Shown: positions 35,188 to 48,229, counted from the first letter of the stretch. The stretch is DNA of 64,000 bases from Vitrella brassicaformis CCMP3155 (GCA_001179505.1 CDMY01000364.1:1-64000); one strand, 5' to 3'. Numbers and translations are program-made. Notes: generated from the letters alone by a model not told the origin.

Positions 35188-37439
35188 TCACAGAATCGCC
35201 AGCAACCTATACTCACGGTACGACGTCGCGTGTCTCCCCTCCGCCGGGACAATGACCCGCCGCACCTCGCCCACACGCATGTCCGTCCACATCGCCTGGA
35301 GCCACTCAGCCCAGTCAGACATGCGATAATCCCGCCCACGGGGGCAATAGTACTCGTTGTGTTCGCCGAAGTAGTCACCCCACTCGATCATATCGATCTT
35401 GACGGTCTGGTCACGTGTGGGTTTGGGGCCGCTGCCCTCCTTGACAATCTTGTACTGCACTCCAGACGGCAGCTGTGTGAAGCCCACAGGAGTCCTGGCA
35501 AAGAAAATATCAGAGAGGGGAGGATGAGCAGCATAGACAAAGTGAGTGCCATGCCACTTGTGCGTGTTTCTCACCCGTCGTCCATGATGCTGATCAGCCG
35601 CAGCTCGATATACTTCCCATCTGGCGTGTCTGTCACGATGAGGCGCCTAAGCTCGCCCTCGCGCATCGACAGTATCGCCTCACGGTAAACTTCAGACAAA
35701 TCCGACACGCGAACCGTCCGCCCACGGCGACTGGTGGTCGTGTACTTGTAGAAGCCATGACTCCACTCGACGTACTCGTACTTGACGTGCTGGGTGAGTG
35801 TGGGGTTGGGTCCACTGCCCTCTTTGACGACTTGATGATAGGCGCCAGAGGGATACAGGGTGAAGCCTTCGTGGCTGCTGTCATCATTGGGCGACGTCGT
35901 AGCTGCTGCTGGTGGCGGAGGTGGCGGCTGGGTGCTGCTGTCTTGCTGCTGGAGAGCTTGAGGGCCTTGCTCCATGCTGACAGTCGACCTGACAACAAAG
36001 GAGGGGCGCCAGGAAGGACAAAGATGAAAGCCATGACCCACAGCGACGCTCACACGCGTGTGTGACTTTGTGTGTGTGTGTGTGTGTGTGTATGTGAGGC
36101 ACCCGTTGACAATGCAAACGAGCTGCAGCTGTTCGTATCCCTCAATTCTCTTATTATCTGACAGTATGATTTGCCTGACCTCCCCCTCGCGCATCGACAG
36201 CAATCCCTCACGGAGCCACCCATTCCCAAAATCAGACAGACGATACTCCAGCCCATAGACCTTGTAGAAATCGTCGTTCGTGTCAAAGCCGTTACTCCAC
36301 GAAATCCAGTCGTATTTGACGGTGTCGTTGAGTGTTGGCACACTGCCGGTGCCCTGCCGCACGACCTTGGAGAATGCACCAGATGGTTGGCGTACAAAGC
36401 CGTCGGAAATGGCGTTGCCGTTACGTGGTGCTGGGTGAGGCAGCTGCCTTTGAGGTGACCTGACGAGCGAGTCAGGCAGAGTACACGGGCAAAGTGACAT
36501 CCATGTGGCACACGCGCTCGTGCGTGTGTATGTGTGTGTGTATACCCATCGATAATCTTGATCAACCGCAGCTGCGCAAAGCCGTCCTCTACCCCCCTTA
36601 GCCCAAGTATTTGCCTCATCTCCCCCTCACGCATCGACAGCAACAGGTCAGCAACGGGCGAGTCCGCCTCCCGGAGATAAGTCTCCCAGCAACGGATATC
36701 GACCCAGGTGTCATTGCCGTCGAAGGCATCCCGCCAAACAGTCAAGTGCCACTCGACAGCCTGGCTGAGTGTTGGCGCATGGCCGGTGCCCTCTTGCACC
36801 ACCTTGTAACGAAGACCAAGAGATGGATGTTCCACGAAGCCATCGTCGGCCGTGTTCTCCCCTTTGCCGGCCGCCGCCCCTTCATCTGCCGCTGGTCTCG
36901 CTGCTGAGGTTGGTGCGGGTGCTGGTGGCTGATCGCCTTCCTTATTCTCTTGACCTTTGTCGGTGCCCATAGCCGACCTGAACACCAGCACCAAGTCGGG
37001 GATAAAGCACACCTGCCTTGTGTGTCTGTGTGTGTAGGTCACTCACGTGTCGGGTTCGATGCAGAACTTGATGTGCGAGTGGAATGACGGCTTGATGGCC
37101 AACCGCTGACCATTGACGTCAAACTCATAACCGCCTTTGCCATCACCATGGACCAACTGACCATCCAACAGCCCAACAGGTTCTCCACTCATGGCGGCAA
37201 CACACCGCCCTACACACACACACACACACACACACACACTCAGAGTGACGTTCACTTCAGCGAGAGATCTGTATGTGTGTCGGTGTTGGCTGACGTCCTC
37301 TGAGTCGGCTGTTCCGGTGGAAGACATCCAGCCGTGATATGAGCTGCATCTGCGGCTGCAGTGGTGCGAGTGGTGGTCGCACAAACCCACAGATAGTCGC
37401 CCAGGGCACCAACAGGACGCCAAACAGCCACACGACCAT
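35188..37439 (-). CDS. Plastid-targeted protein with a small N-terminal domain and four tandem FKBP-like modules
   Basis: Leader MVVWLFGVLLVPWATICG-FVRPP (signal+Phe); GGYEFDVNGQRLAI domain; FKBP exons at about 36548-36850, 36101-36420, 35573-35890 and 35188-35490, all joined by phase-2 GT-AG introns. Confidence 0.75.
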
Positions 37440-37528
37440 CTCACGACAGTCACGACACACGCCCGATTTGTCGCTTGTTCTCTGCTGTTGATGAATCAAA
37501 TGCCTCCAGATCGCAGGTGGGAGCTCTT

Positions 37529-38257
37529 ATGGCTGTTCTCCTAGCGCAAACGTCGCTTCTTCAAAGGAAAGCGGCCGATCGGCCTGTGGCTCGCAGCTTC
37601 CATGACAAACCGTCGCCATGTGAGCCAAAAGCGACAACGAGCATCTCCCAGGTCAGCTGACATCACGTGCAAAATCTGACTGAGATCTGTCAACACGTTC
37701 ATGTCTGTGTGTCCCCTCTTCGCGTGTCCTTGATGCAGGTCTGCTGTAGGATGTCGTCGTCTGTTGAGCAGCCGGCCGGGCCGACGGGCGGTCGGTCTGT
37801 TTTTTGCATGCCAGTGCATAAGGATCTCTCTGTATGTTTGTCGGTGAGTGTGGGTGTGGCCAATGGCAATGGCGCCACAGTGCTGCGGCGTCAGGAGGTC
37901 TCATCGCCAACCACAGCAAGTGGCCAGGGCGGTGGCGCTGATGTGTTCTTTCGGTTGCCGTCGGGTGTGTTCTATCAAGTGGTGCGGCAGGGCAGTGGGC
38001 CCAAACCCACACGTGATCAGACCGTCAAGTACGACCTCATCGAGTGGCGTGACGACTTCGATGGACAGCGCAAGAAATATGATCTCGGTGGGCTGGAGGG
38101 TCGTGTGTCTTGGCAACAGGAGTGGCTCCAGGAGGTCTTCACTGACATGCGTGTGGGTGAGGTGCGGCGGGTCCTCGTGCCGTTCAACAGACTGAGCTCT
38201 CGTGGAACTCTCAGTTTGGTGAGATATATCCAGTACAGTCTGGTGGCCATCCTGTGA
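37529..38257 (+). CDS. Single FKBP-like domain protein, divergent from the tandem-FKBP gene
   Basis: MAVLLAQTSLLQRK... leader exon; PSGVFYQVVRQGSGPKPTRDQTVKYD...TDMRVGEVRRVLVP...YSLVAIL*. Confidence 0.65.
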
Positions 38258-39015
38258 TCGCCGTCTCCTGGTGTGTCTGCTATGTGTGCGTCTGTGGCGG
38301 TGAGGCGCCATCCAGCTGACGTTTTTTGTTTCTATAGCTGCTGTGTTGGTGTGGGGAATTTCGGTCGTTCTTTCTGGACTTTCCCCTCTGTCGATGATCG
38401 CTCTTTATGGGAGTGTATGCCTCGTGTGTGTCTGCACGACGGGCGCATTCCACGACCGACGATGTGACGACTTTTTTTTTCCTGTCGCCCGTGCATGTGC
38501 AGTTCTGTGTTGGCGCTGTATGACACATGTGTTCTCACAGAGATGCTCTGACTCCTTCCTGTGACTCCATCCTTATATGTCAAATCAACTTGTCGGTGTG
38601 CTGTTTTTGATGGTTGAAGTGTGGCACCCAGATGAAAGCAACACTTCTGACATCGGCGTGGCCTGAGATGACGTGTATGCAGGCGGCCAGTGGGAGTGAC
38701 GGACCCGACACACATAGGCATGGATTGACAAGAATGGACGCATGTCGTTTCCGGCCGTCAGTCATACACACTCAGTGATAGACAGCCACCACGCTTTGTC
38801 CATCCATCCATCAATCAACAGCTAGATCCGATCGGCTGTGTGTCCCTCATCCCACCGCAGCCACCAACACTCCAACCAACAGCCGAGGAGCTGGCTGTCG
38901 ATATCTACGACTACCTAAAGACACACACACACACGCAGAAGCCGACCAGGTCAGTACGCACATGTGCCCTTTCTGTCTGCCACGCCAATTCCACTCCTTA
39001 CCTGTTGTGTGTCTA

Positions 39016-41632
39016 TCAAGTGCGTCTGGCGACGGTGATGGCGTCGTACCGCATGGTGATGGTGTTCGGTGCGCCGAGCAGGTTGAGCGCCGCCAGCTGC
39101 GTGTTGAAGAGCCGCCGCACGCCCTCGCGCACACGCTGGTTCCAAAGGGAAGCGGACGCCTTGCGCACGCCGGCCCTGCTGATGACGCCACCGAGCGACG
39201 CCATCAGCGAGCCGTTGAACACCTCCTCCGTCGCACCAGCTGGCAAGCTGCCTGCATAGCCAGACCAACACAGACAGCCAAATGTGACGCGCGGGATTCC
39301 TCAGTCGGTCTGCCGATTCCACTCCTTCTTACCGTACACATCGAGATGCACGTCGTCAATGGCCGGCAGGTCGTGGCTCGCCCACTCCTGCAGCGGCCGG
39401 CTGCCATCTAAGATGCCACCCGCCGACACCTTGATGTTCACCGACAGGCACATTTCCCCCTCGCTGCTACTACTACCGCCCCCTCGCCGCCCCCCTGTCC
39501 CTCCCCTGTGGCCATGTGCCTCTTGAGTGCACTCAGGTACACCACAGCATTGTTTGCCGCGTTAAGGTGCGTCCCTGTGTCCACGAATTGGATGGTGCGG
39601 CACTGCGGCATGCTGTTGGCGACCGTCCTGGCCAGGCCGTCGACCACCTCTGCCGACAGCTGCCGTGGCGGGCACCGGAAAATTGTGGCGCTGGGGAAAT
39701 ATGTGCTGTCTGCGGCGGCGTTGAGGTCGGTCAGCTCATTCTCGTACACCACTACATCGGCGAGATCGGCAAACTCACGAACGAGCTTCTGCACCTGCAC
39801 AGAGACGACATTGGGGACAACGATTGCGTTGTGATTGGATGAATGTGCAGCCATCTATGGTGTGTTTGGTACCCGAGAGCTTTCATCGGCCATCCACTCG
39901 ATGAGCTCCAGCTCCATCTCGCCCTCGCATTCTATCTTGAACTGCGGCTTGTCGAGGGCTTGTGGCTGCAGCACTGCCTCCGATAGCCGTGCCAACTCAC
40001 GCAACACCCCCTTGTGCTCGGCCGTGATCTTCCCCTTGACCGCGATGGGCAGCTCGCGGAGGGACTTGCGGCACCCCCGCTTCAAAAGGGCCTCCCGCAT
40101 GCTGGCCAGCACATCCCGCATGGCATCGGCATTCCCCTCATACAAATCCCATCCATGTTTGCCGAGGGTGCCGATGGACTGCAGGCGGGCGAGGGAAGTG
40201 CCGGGGGGCGGCACGGACAGCAGCTGCACCTTGTCGACGGTCGACGAACTGCCATCGTCGAATACCTCCAGATGCTCGCATTACGTCATCCATTCCTTCG
40301 CCGCCTCCACTTCATCATCACCCTCGTCCCACTCGAATGTCATGACCCGCACTGATGGCGTGTGCCACACGCGATTGCCCGTGCGCACGGCCGCACAGGC
40401 ATGAGGCATGGAGTGGACCTCCTCGAGGGCAGACAGGTCGACGGGAGAGGGGCAGGGGGGCAGGGGGTCGGCAGAGACGTCGCTGCCCTCAAGATACAGC
40501 TCTCCGTCGCTGTCTTTCTCGAAGCTGAGGACCTTGATGGATGAGGCGGCGGATGGGCCGTCCTGCCTTGACGCCACCGCTGCTGCTGCCGAGGTTCCGC
40601 CCTCGCCCTGCCCCTCCTCCCTCCTCCCCCTCGTGGCCTTCCTGGCCGACCGCATTGCCCTCGAGGATCGCCACCCAAATCCCACGACACCAGTAGCTGG
40701 CCTCCCAGCACGCGTAGATGACGTGCAGGTGGGTGAGGTTGGCGGCCCGCTGGCCCCACCGGTATGCCACCTCCAGCGGCAGCCGCTCCCACAGTCGACG
40801 CACGCCGCCCTTGTCTGACCCGTCGATGGTCAGGTGGGTGTACTGCTGGGCCGCCCAGCCGACGAGGGTCTTGCCGATCGTGGGGGCGACGCGGGCCAGC
40901 TCCCATGGCTGGTAGAAGCCGAACACACCCGCCAGCTCATCGCGGGAGAGGCGAAAACGGGCCTGAACACACATTCCAGTGCACAGATGTGCTTGAGTTG
41001 CACGTGTGCTCCTCTCACCGGTCCATTGTTTGGCGGCGGTCTCCCCGATTTGCAGACCAGGCGAAACGACAGCACCTTCCCCTCTACCACACTACTCTGC
41101 ACCGGCCAGCAACACACGCACAACACACAAATGCCACACACCGCCTTGCACTCATTCCTCTTCAGTCCTCCATACCTCGGCATTGGGAGCCGCTTCAGAT
41201 GACGCTTCGGCCGCAGCAGGGGCGACAGCGGAGGACGCAGCGATGTCATTCGGTGGCTGATGGGGGAATGACGCCGCTGCTCTGGTGAGGGCATCCATCG
41301 TCCCACGCACAGAGGACTCGGCAACTGAGGCGTGAGTCGATGCAGCCGAGAGCGACAGAAGCGTCGCCAACACGTCCGCAGGACCATTGCCGTCCCGTTG
41401 AAACTCGTCGCTGAGCAGCTGGATCTCCCGCTGCAGTTGCTGAAGGCCCTCGCGCCACACACGAGCGTCGGCGCACAACTGTGCAAACCACACACCATAA
41501 CGCCGATATTTTAGAGCTGTTTGCCCTCGCCGGTCATCTTCCGCCCCGTTGGTGCCCTCTCACCTTGCTAATCATAGTGCCAGATGCTGAGGTCTGGCCC
41601 GACGGATCATCCTCCTCCGAGCCATCCATCAT
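39016..41632 (-). pseudogene. Disrupted member of a lineage-expanded repeat-protein family (LSRDELAGVFGFYQPWEL type)
   Basis: Long coding-like exons, but an apparent +1 frameshift at about 40645 (EGNAVG to RKATRGRREEG frame) and an in-frame TAA at 40281-40283 after which the frame continues (CEHLEVFDDG...). Confidence 0.6.
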
Positions 41633-41972
41633 GGCGACACACTATCGCTCGTCAGAAACCGCCCGTGCGACCCTCGCATGACGTGTGGCCGACACAAAAT
41701 ACCACCAACAAGGCCACACGCAGCTCATTTGGCAACTCCTTTCCTGGTCGTATTTAAGCTCGCAAAGGGGAAGCGGATTGAACCTATGGATACAAGCTAA
41801 TTTGGCCTGCGACCTTGATGCCCTGTGGTATGCCGACCAGTACATGGCCACAACATGACTCACAACGCGGCGAAAGCGTCTCAATATCGTCATTTACGAT
41901 ATCACTGTGGCGTTACGTACGTAGTGGGGATGCGGAAGGCGCAGGCGTGCAGCTGCCTCGGCTGTCCTCTGC

Positions 41973-43450
41973 ATGACAGCCACGGTGACAATGGTTTTTG
42001 AGGGCCTTTCCTCTCTGGCCTGCCTCATCTCTGTCGCCTCTGCCGCCTTCGGCGACCTCAGCTATGGCGTCCCAGCCTCACGGGGGCGATTCAGTCTCTC
42101 ATTCAGCCACCACACCACCACTGAGGTCCCCGACAGCGATGAGAGGGAGAGCACCTACGTCAGCACCGCATTTTCGCTCTCTCCGGGTGACGTCCTCAAC
42201 ACCGATCCCTTCGACGTCCCCGTCGAGATGCCTTACAATGAACCGATGGCGATAAGAGGCCTGTGGGGGGAGATTGTGGACGACAGGAATGTCAGCGTGC
42301 CACTCGACGAGGTATGCTCATCAATGAAGGCGGTCTCCATGGATTTGTGTGTGTGTGAGTTAAAAGGTGTACGTGCATCATTGGTTTCTGTTCTACACGA
42401 CGCCTGACGCCGGCAACGAGCTGGTGGGGAAGCTGGGCACAGGCGCAGAGACCAGAGGTCACTGACTGACTGACTGACGGACGGACGGATGGATGGATGG
42501 ACGTGAAGGCACATTCGTGTGTGCTCCCATGTCTGGCTGCAGGCACTCCGATAGTATCTCTCACCGCTCCCTATGCCTTCACGACGACAGGCAAGGAGAA
42601 GTGGTGGCTCAACGTGCACCTGCTGATGCTGCAAAACGTCACCAACGTGTCGGCGTGCATTCAGGTAAGACACACATGGCATCAATGGGACCCCTGCAGG
42701 CCTTTGCGTGCGACATGTCGGGATATATGTGTGTGTATCTTTCAGTGCCTGTGCCCTCCCGATGGCCGACATGGGTCTTTCAACTGCTGCCCAGATGGGG
42801 TGAGTCTCCTGTGCTCACGGGTGTGTGCACTCTCACCACTTGGCCTCTCTGTGTGCATCCCACAGGCCCACTGGCACACGACATTCGACCCCTTCGTGAC
42901 CTCCGACGGCACAGATGCCTTCGATGACCCCCACCAGTGCGCCAACTGCAACAGCGACCCAGATGACGTCTTCGGTCCGCCCATCCAGAGCGGTTTTCTT
43001 GCCCGCCCCGCCCCCAAGTACTACCGAGTCAAGTACACGGTGCGGTATGCCCATGTCAGCCCCATTGTGCGGCCGGTCCGCGCCAACATGATCATCGATG
43101 CCGTCGGCGGACGGCATGAGTGGAATGTCTTCCCTGCAGAGGGATGCCTGAAGCCATCAGCCAGCCATCTTGCGGTTGCCATCAAGGAACGGCGGCTGGG
43201 CGACAGTGGCCATGATGATATTGCCGAGAGGTGTGTCGACACCAAGACGGCCACTGTGGTGGTGGATGAGGACTTCCAGCTCATCGGCATGCGCGCCCAT
43301 ATGCACATCGGGGCCATCGACGCGGTCCTTGCCGGCATCAGCAGCAACAGCAGCGACACAGATGACGGTAGTGGGATCGATTGGCGCTGCGACATGCGGG
43401 CCATCTACGGCCGCACGCCCCACACGGCTGGCGACCTCAGGGGCGACCTT
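41973..43450 (+). CDS. Secreted SURNod19 (stress up-regulated Nod19)-family protein, C-terminally truncated
   Basis: Signal-like N-terminus; FSLSPGDVLN, GEIVDDRNVSVPLDE, EKWWLNVHLL, CIQCLC, FNCCPDG, YRVKYTVRY and CVDTK...AHMHIG match the recalled SURNod19 motif order. Homology stops at YGRTPHTAGD. Confidence 0.7.
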
Positions 43451-43547
43451 CCTCTCTCCCTCCCTCCCTCCCTCACACCCCCAGTCACCGTTTCTCTCTC
43501 TCTATCTCTCTCTCTCTGTGTGTGTGTGTGTGTCATGACTACTTCAG

Positions 43548-43727
43548 GTCAGAGACGGCGAGCAGAGGATGCAGAAGCATCCTGAGGAGGACGCCGAGGA
43601 GATCAAGGCTAAGCACAAGGAGATCGAAGAGATCTGCAACCCCATCATCTCGGCCGTCTACGGCGCCGCGGGCGGCGCGGGCGGCCCCACCGGCGAGGAG
43701 GACTACAAGGCACACGACGAACTCTAG
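43548..43727 (+). other. BiP: Isolated terminal exon of an ER Hsp70 (BiP) ending in HDEL
   Basis: After acceptor ttcag: VRDGEQRMQKHPEEDAEEIKAKHKEIEEICNPIISAVYGAAGGAGGPTGEEDYKAHDEL*. No other Hsp70 sequence in the window. Confidence 0.8.
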
Positions 43728-44787
43728 ACACAGACAGAGAGACAGACAGACAGACAGACGGATGGATCGACCGACGGACCTGGATAGATAGATGGTAGCT
43801 TCCGTCCTCCCGTCGTAGCTCCTCCCTCCCTCCATCCATCCATCCATCGACCGATCGCTAAGCCTGCATGTGTGGGTCGACGTCAAAGCACTCACTCCAA
43901 TGCACACGCAAATGCAGCACCGTCGACGTCGAAGTGCTCGCAGTGCAGTGCTGGACTTCTGCTTTCTTTTCGGATGGATGGATGGATGGATGAGTGCTAT
44001 CGCTCTCTTTGTCCGTGTGTGTGTGTGTGTGTGTGCGGGCGTGTTGGTGGTTGCCTTCCACGGCAGCATTTTTGCTTATAGGGGGTGGATGGGGGTGGGG
44101 CGGGTTGGAGCGGACTGAGTGCATGTCTGCCTGCATGATGGATGGACCGGCGAACATCTCTCTGTCTGCCGTTTTCCCGCACACAGACAGAGACGCAGTG
44201 AGTGGACGGATGAGATGAATTAGCTGCCTCCCTGCCTGCCTGCCTGCCTGCCTGGGTGTCTGTCTGCCTGCGTGGTGTCTGTGACACACACATAATCCAA
44301 TACGTACGGTCTGACTAGTGAGTGTCGGCTTTATCTCTGTGAATACCCCTACTCCCTTTCTGACTCGCTTTGAACATCTACTCACTGTCTGTCTGTCTAG
44401 CTTCCCTTCCCCCCTCCTATCCTATCCGCTGCCCCTCTCTCTCTCTCCCCGTTTTGTTGCCACTGCCTCCCTGTCTCATTGTCCCGCACGCCAGTCGCAC
44501 GCCTCCTCAGATCTGCCTTTCCTGTTCTCAGTGCCTGCTGGGCAGGGCAGGTAAGCGTGTGGAGTGTCATCTGCTCCGATGGCTCGTCACTCGCTTGCCG
44601 CCGCGAGGGAATGAGAGCAGACAGACGGGTGTCGCAATCGGCCCGGTCTGGTTTATTGCTGATGCCTACTCGGCCTCTGTGTGTGGCTATCGACACCGGT
44701 CCATGCAGGCCCGTGTATTCTGCGTGCGTCGCACTTCGTGTACATCTACAGAACAGAGACCACGAATCAATGCGCAGATGCATCGAT

Positions 44788-45765
44788 TCAGTCACGCGTG
44801 ACTGGCAGGGTGGCAGCCCATGCGTATGAGATGGCTGCGGGATTGTAGACCAGGCCCAATCCTGAGCGGACACGCAGAGACGCACGCACACACACATAAG
44901 CACACGGAGCCTCTCTGTCTGTCTGTCTGTCTGTCCGTCCGTCTGAATGGGTGGTGTATTACCCCTTTTCTCAGCGAGCTCTGCAGCCATCAGGTCTACA
45001 CACACAACACACGCACACACGTACACACAATGCGACATTGTCAGACACGCTCAGACACACAGACAGATGGTGTTCTTACAAAGGTTTGCCATGCCCCTTT
45101 TCAAAGCCGGCAGGTCTTCACGTAAGAACACCTCCGCTTCTTCCCTGCTGACACCAGCAGAAGACAGCCTGCAGCAAGCAAGCAAGCACAGAAACCACGA
45201 GGCACACACACATAACTAGACGCACTCTCTCGCACGCACGCACGCACACAATTCATTGGCAGTCACGTAGGCTACAACCCACCTTTCTTTCGGCAATCCT
45301 TTCTTCTTCAAGCGATTCTCGTCGTCAAGTAGTGCCAGAAACATGTTCTCCCCGTCAGTCACCCACTGGCGGAGCTCATCATCGGACGGCGGTGGGCTTT
45401 TCTTCCCAGCCATCCGGCCCTGCCACACGCACAAACAAACTGGTTGAGATATAGGTCAGTTTGCGCGTTGCCTCCCTTTCCCCACTCACCGCAGCCACCA
45501 TCATCGCATCGAACCACCCGTCTTTGCCCAACGCTGGGATGGCGCGAGTGACCATGGTGAGGGGATGACGCACCACCCGGACCGGGTCAGCGGTGGGCAG
45601 ACGTCCTTCTCTGGGCTTGCAGGTGATGCCATTGCCCCTGTTGGCGAAGCTGCTCGTGCACGGGGGATGACGGATGAGGAACGACAACGGCGTGCCCGTC
45701 GGGGAAGCAGATGACGCCGCTGTCGCTAGGCAGATGGCGGCAGCGACCGCATATATCATCCACAA
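44788..45765 (-). CDS. Putative plastid-targeted hypothetical protein
   Basis: Signal peptide MIYAVAAAICLATAASSA and a transit-like stretch; coding-like exons DDELRQWVTDGENMFLALLDDENRL, VSREEAEVFLREDLPALKRG and LMAAELAEKRG. The 3' end is uncertain. Confidence 0.45.
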
Positions 45766-45911
45766 AGATGGAAAAGCGGTCTAGGCGGATGCAGGTCTTT
45801 CTCTCCTTTGACGTAAAAGCGCGCAGCCCTTCATCCCTCTATGAAGTGCCAAGCTGTGCAGCCCTTGCACACTAGAGAGGAAAGCGATGAGTCATTACAT
45901 TACGCCTCAGA

Positions 45912-45980
45912 TCAGGGTTCCCACTCGCTTCCGTTTTTGCCCTCCTGCAGGGTTTGAAACCCTTAACCCGTAACCCTAGC
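45912..45980. promoter_or_regulatory. Telomere-like palindrome AGGGTTTGAAACCCT plus AACCCTA in a divergent intergenic region
   Basis: The palindrome at 45949-45963 is the exact reverse complement of the one at 8033-8047; it lies upstream of BTB gene 46266. Confidence 0.45.
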
Positions 45981-46265
45981 ACCCCGTCGCCCACTGGGTC
46001 GTGGTGAGCGACAAGCGCAGAAAGAATCACGAATGACGTGCATGCGTCAGAACATCCACCTCTGAGCTTGCCGGTCTTCAGCTCGTTGGGGAAAAAACAG
46101 GTCCCTCAAAACCCTGCCTGCGAAGAACAGGAATATGACTTCGGCCTCGTGAGGGCATCAGGTGTGCAACGACAATGGGACCAGACTCAAACCTACTCAT
46201 GGTGCCTGCTCGGTTGTGTGTGGTTGTCAGGCATCGCTGACAGATCTGCTGCGCCGCAACAAACG

Positions 46266-47844
46266 ATGGAGGCCGAGTTGTCCGCTCGCCAGTTCAGCGC
46301 CCAGGCGATTCTCAATCAGCTGCACGTGCCCGTGACGGCCATCGGCGACGCCATAAGCCAACTGCATGCCCAGATCCGCCAAGCAGACGACGCCGCCCAG
46401 CGAGAGAGGCAGACGCACGGCGCCTCGGACCCATCAGCAGCGTCGCCCGATGACGTGCTGCTGCTCAATGTGGGCGGCAGCGAGTGGCGAGTGAAGCGGC
46501 AGCACATGACTCAAGGAGAAGGCGTGGAGGGGACTCTGTTGGCGGCGCTGTTCTCGGGCTGCTGGGACAACCGATTCATCAAGGACGACAAACAGCGGGC
46601 GTTCATCGACATCTACCCGGAGGCCTTCAAGACCATCCACACGGCCATATTGGATACCGCCACCCTCCTCCAGGCGGGCAAGGCGGCGTCGATTGTCACG
46701 CTGCTCGACGAGGCATCCCAGCGGAACTACACCGGTAAGGGGCATGAAGGCGACAGCGCACTCATCCTGTCCTCTCACTCTGTCTCTGGCTGGCCGTGGT
46801 GTAGGTCGTCATGGCTTCTGGATCAAGTTGCTGCTGTCGCCACTGGACAAGGCGGTCTCAGCGGCCCCTCCCAGTGGCGTCACTGAGCCGCGCCTGTCCG
46901 CCACGGACAGCCCTGCCGTGATGGGCGACGCCGTCAAGACGCTCGAGGCCATCATGAAGACATTCACCAAGGAGAAGGCCCGGCTGGAGGGCCAGCTGCG
47001 GGCGGCACAAGAGCGACGTGACAACCTCGACAAAGAGATACAGGTGACCCACACAGACAGAGCCAGGGGATGTGGATCGGTGCTGTGTGTGGTTCACAGG
47101 CGGTGAGTCCCTTTCTGCTGCCTCTGAGTGGCGGTGACCCCATCCGGTCAGTCGACGTGTGCGGCCAGGTCATATCGACCACTCAGTCGACTGTCGATGA
47201 GATGAGCGACGAGCTGCGGAATCGATTCGACCTGTGAGCATCGACCCATGCACCGAAGCACACAGTGACAGCGATGCCCTATCGAGGATGGCTGTGTGTG
47301 TCTTTAGGTGGCCGCGGCCGGTTGAGGTGGTGCAGCCCGACCACATCAGCCGTATGGTCGATCACTACCGCCGCAGACGTCTCGGCGCGTCGGCCGCCGA
47401 CATGGCTCCGGTGCTGAGGATGGACAAGACTACCAAGCAGAATGCCTTCGATGTCAACGCAGCCGTGTACGGCGTCATCAGGAAACGCAGATGGAGAGCC
47501 GCGCAGGAAGGCTGACCTCGCCGTCTCTCTGTCTATGTTTTTCCCTTTGCAGTGCTGACTTCACTGTGATGCCATCTGGTGCTCGGTATCGCATCGTCAC
47601 GGAGGGCACCGGCAGAGTGCCCACACTCAACGACACCGTCAAGTTCTACGAGATCTGGTGGCGTGATCGATTCGACGGCCGGGACAAACGCTACGACCTC
47701 CGTGGGGCGGTGTATCGTGTGTCTGATCTGTATGGGTGGGAGCGCGAGGCGTTGCTGTCGATGCGGGAGGGCGAGGTGAGGCAAATCATCCCGCCACCCG
47801 GGTTTGTCCGCTACGTTGAGCTGCGTTTGGTCAGCATAGAGTAG
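46266..47844 (+). CDS. Tandem BTB + FKBP-like domain (RVPTLND/MREGEVRQI subfamily); BTB-FKBP donor is non-canonical
   Basis: MEAELS...LLLNVGGSEWRVKRQH...; FKBP exon ADFTVMPSGARYRIVTEGTGRVPTLND...YVELRLVSIE*. The donor reads AG|gaaacg at 47482 where paralogs have AG|gt. Confidence 0.75.
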
Positions 47845-48229
47845 GAGAGAGTCCACACACACGCATGTGGGGGCGGCTGTGTGTCACACACTCATGTGTG
47901 TGGCCGGGGGCTCTTCCCTTATTGCCTGGCTGACTGTGTGCCTCGGGTGTCTGTCTGTCATTGGCCACTCACAGCACTTGTGGGTGTCACGTCTGCTGCT
48001 CGGCCGTGGGTTTATTCCTGTCTGCCGTGCTGCAAAGAGAAGAGCCCTTTTCTCTCCTCTCTCCCCCTCTCTCTCTCTCTCTCTCTCTGCGTGTGTGTGT
48101 GTGTGTGTGGCTGCTTTTATTCAACTCGAATGCATGGCTGTCTGATCCGATGCAGTCTTGCTGAAGGGCGTGGGCGGGTTCTTTGTGTGCGTGGTGTATA
48201 TGAGTGGGTGTGCGTGGGGTGAGGGAAGG

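Noticed and set aside
37050-37190. GQR small domain as a PIH1-like or other named domain
   Set aside because: Similarity is too weak to assign by eye; left as an unnamed domain shared by three genes.
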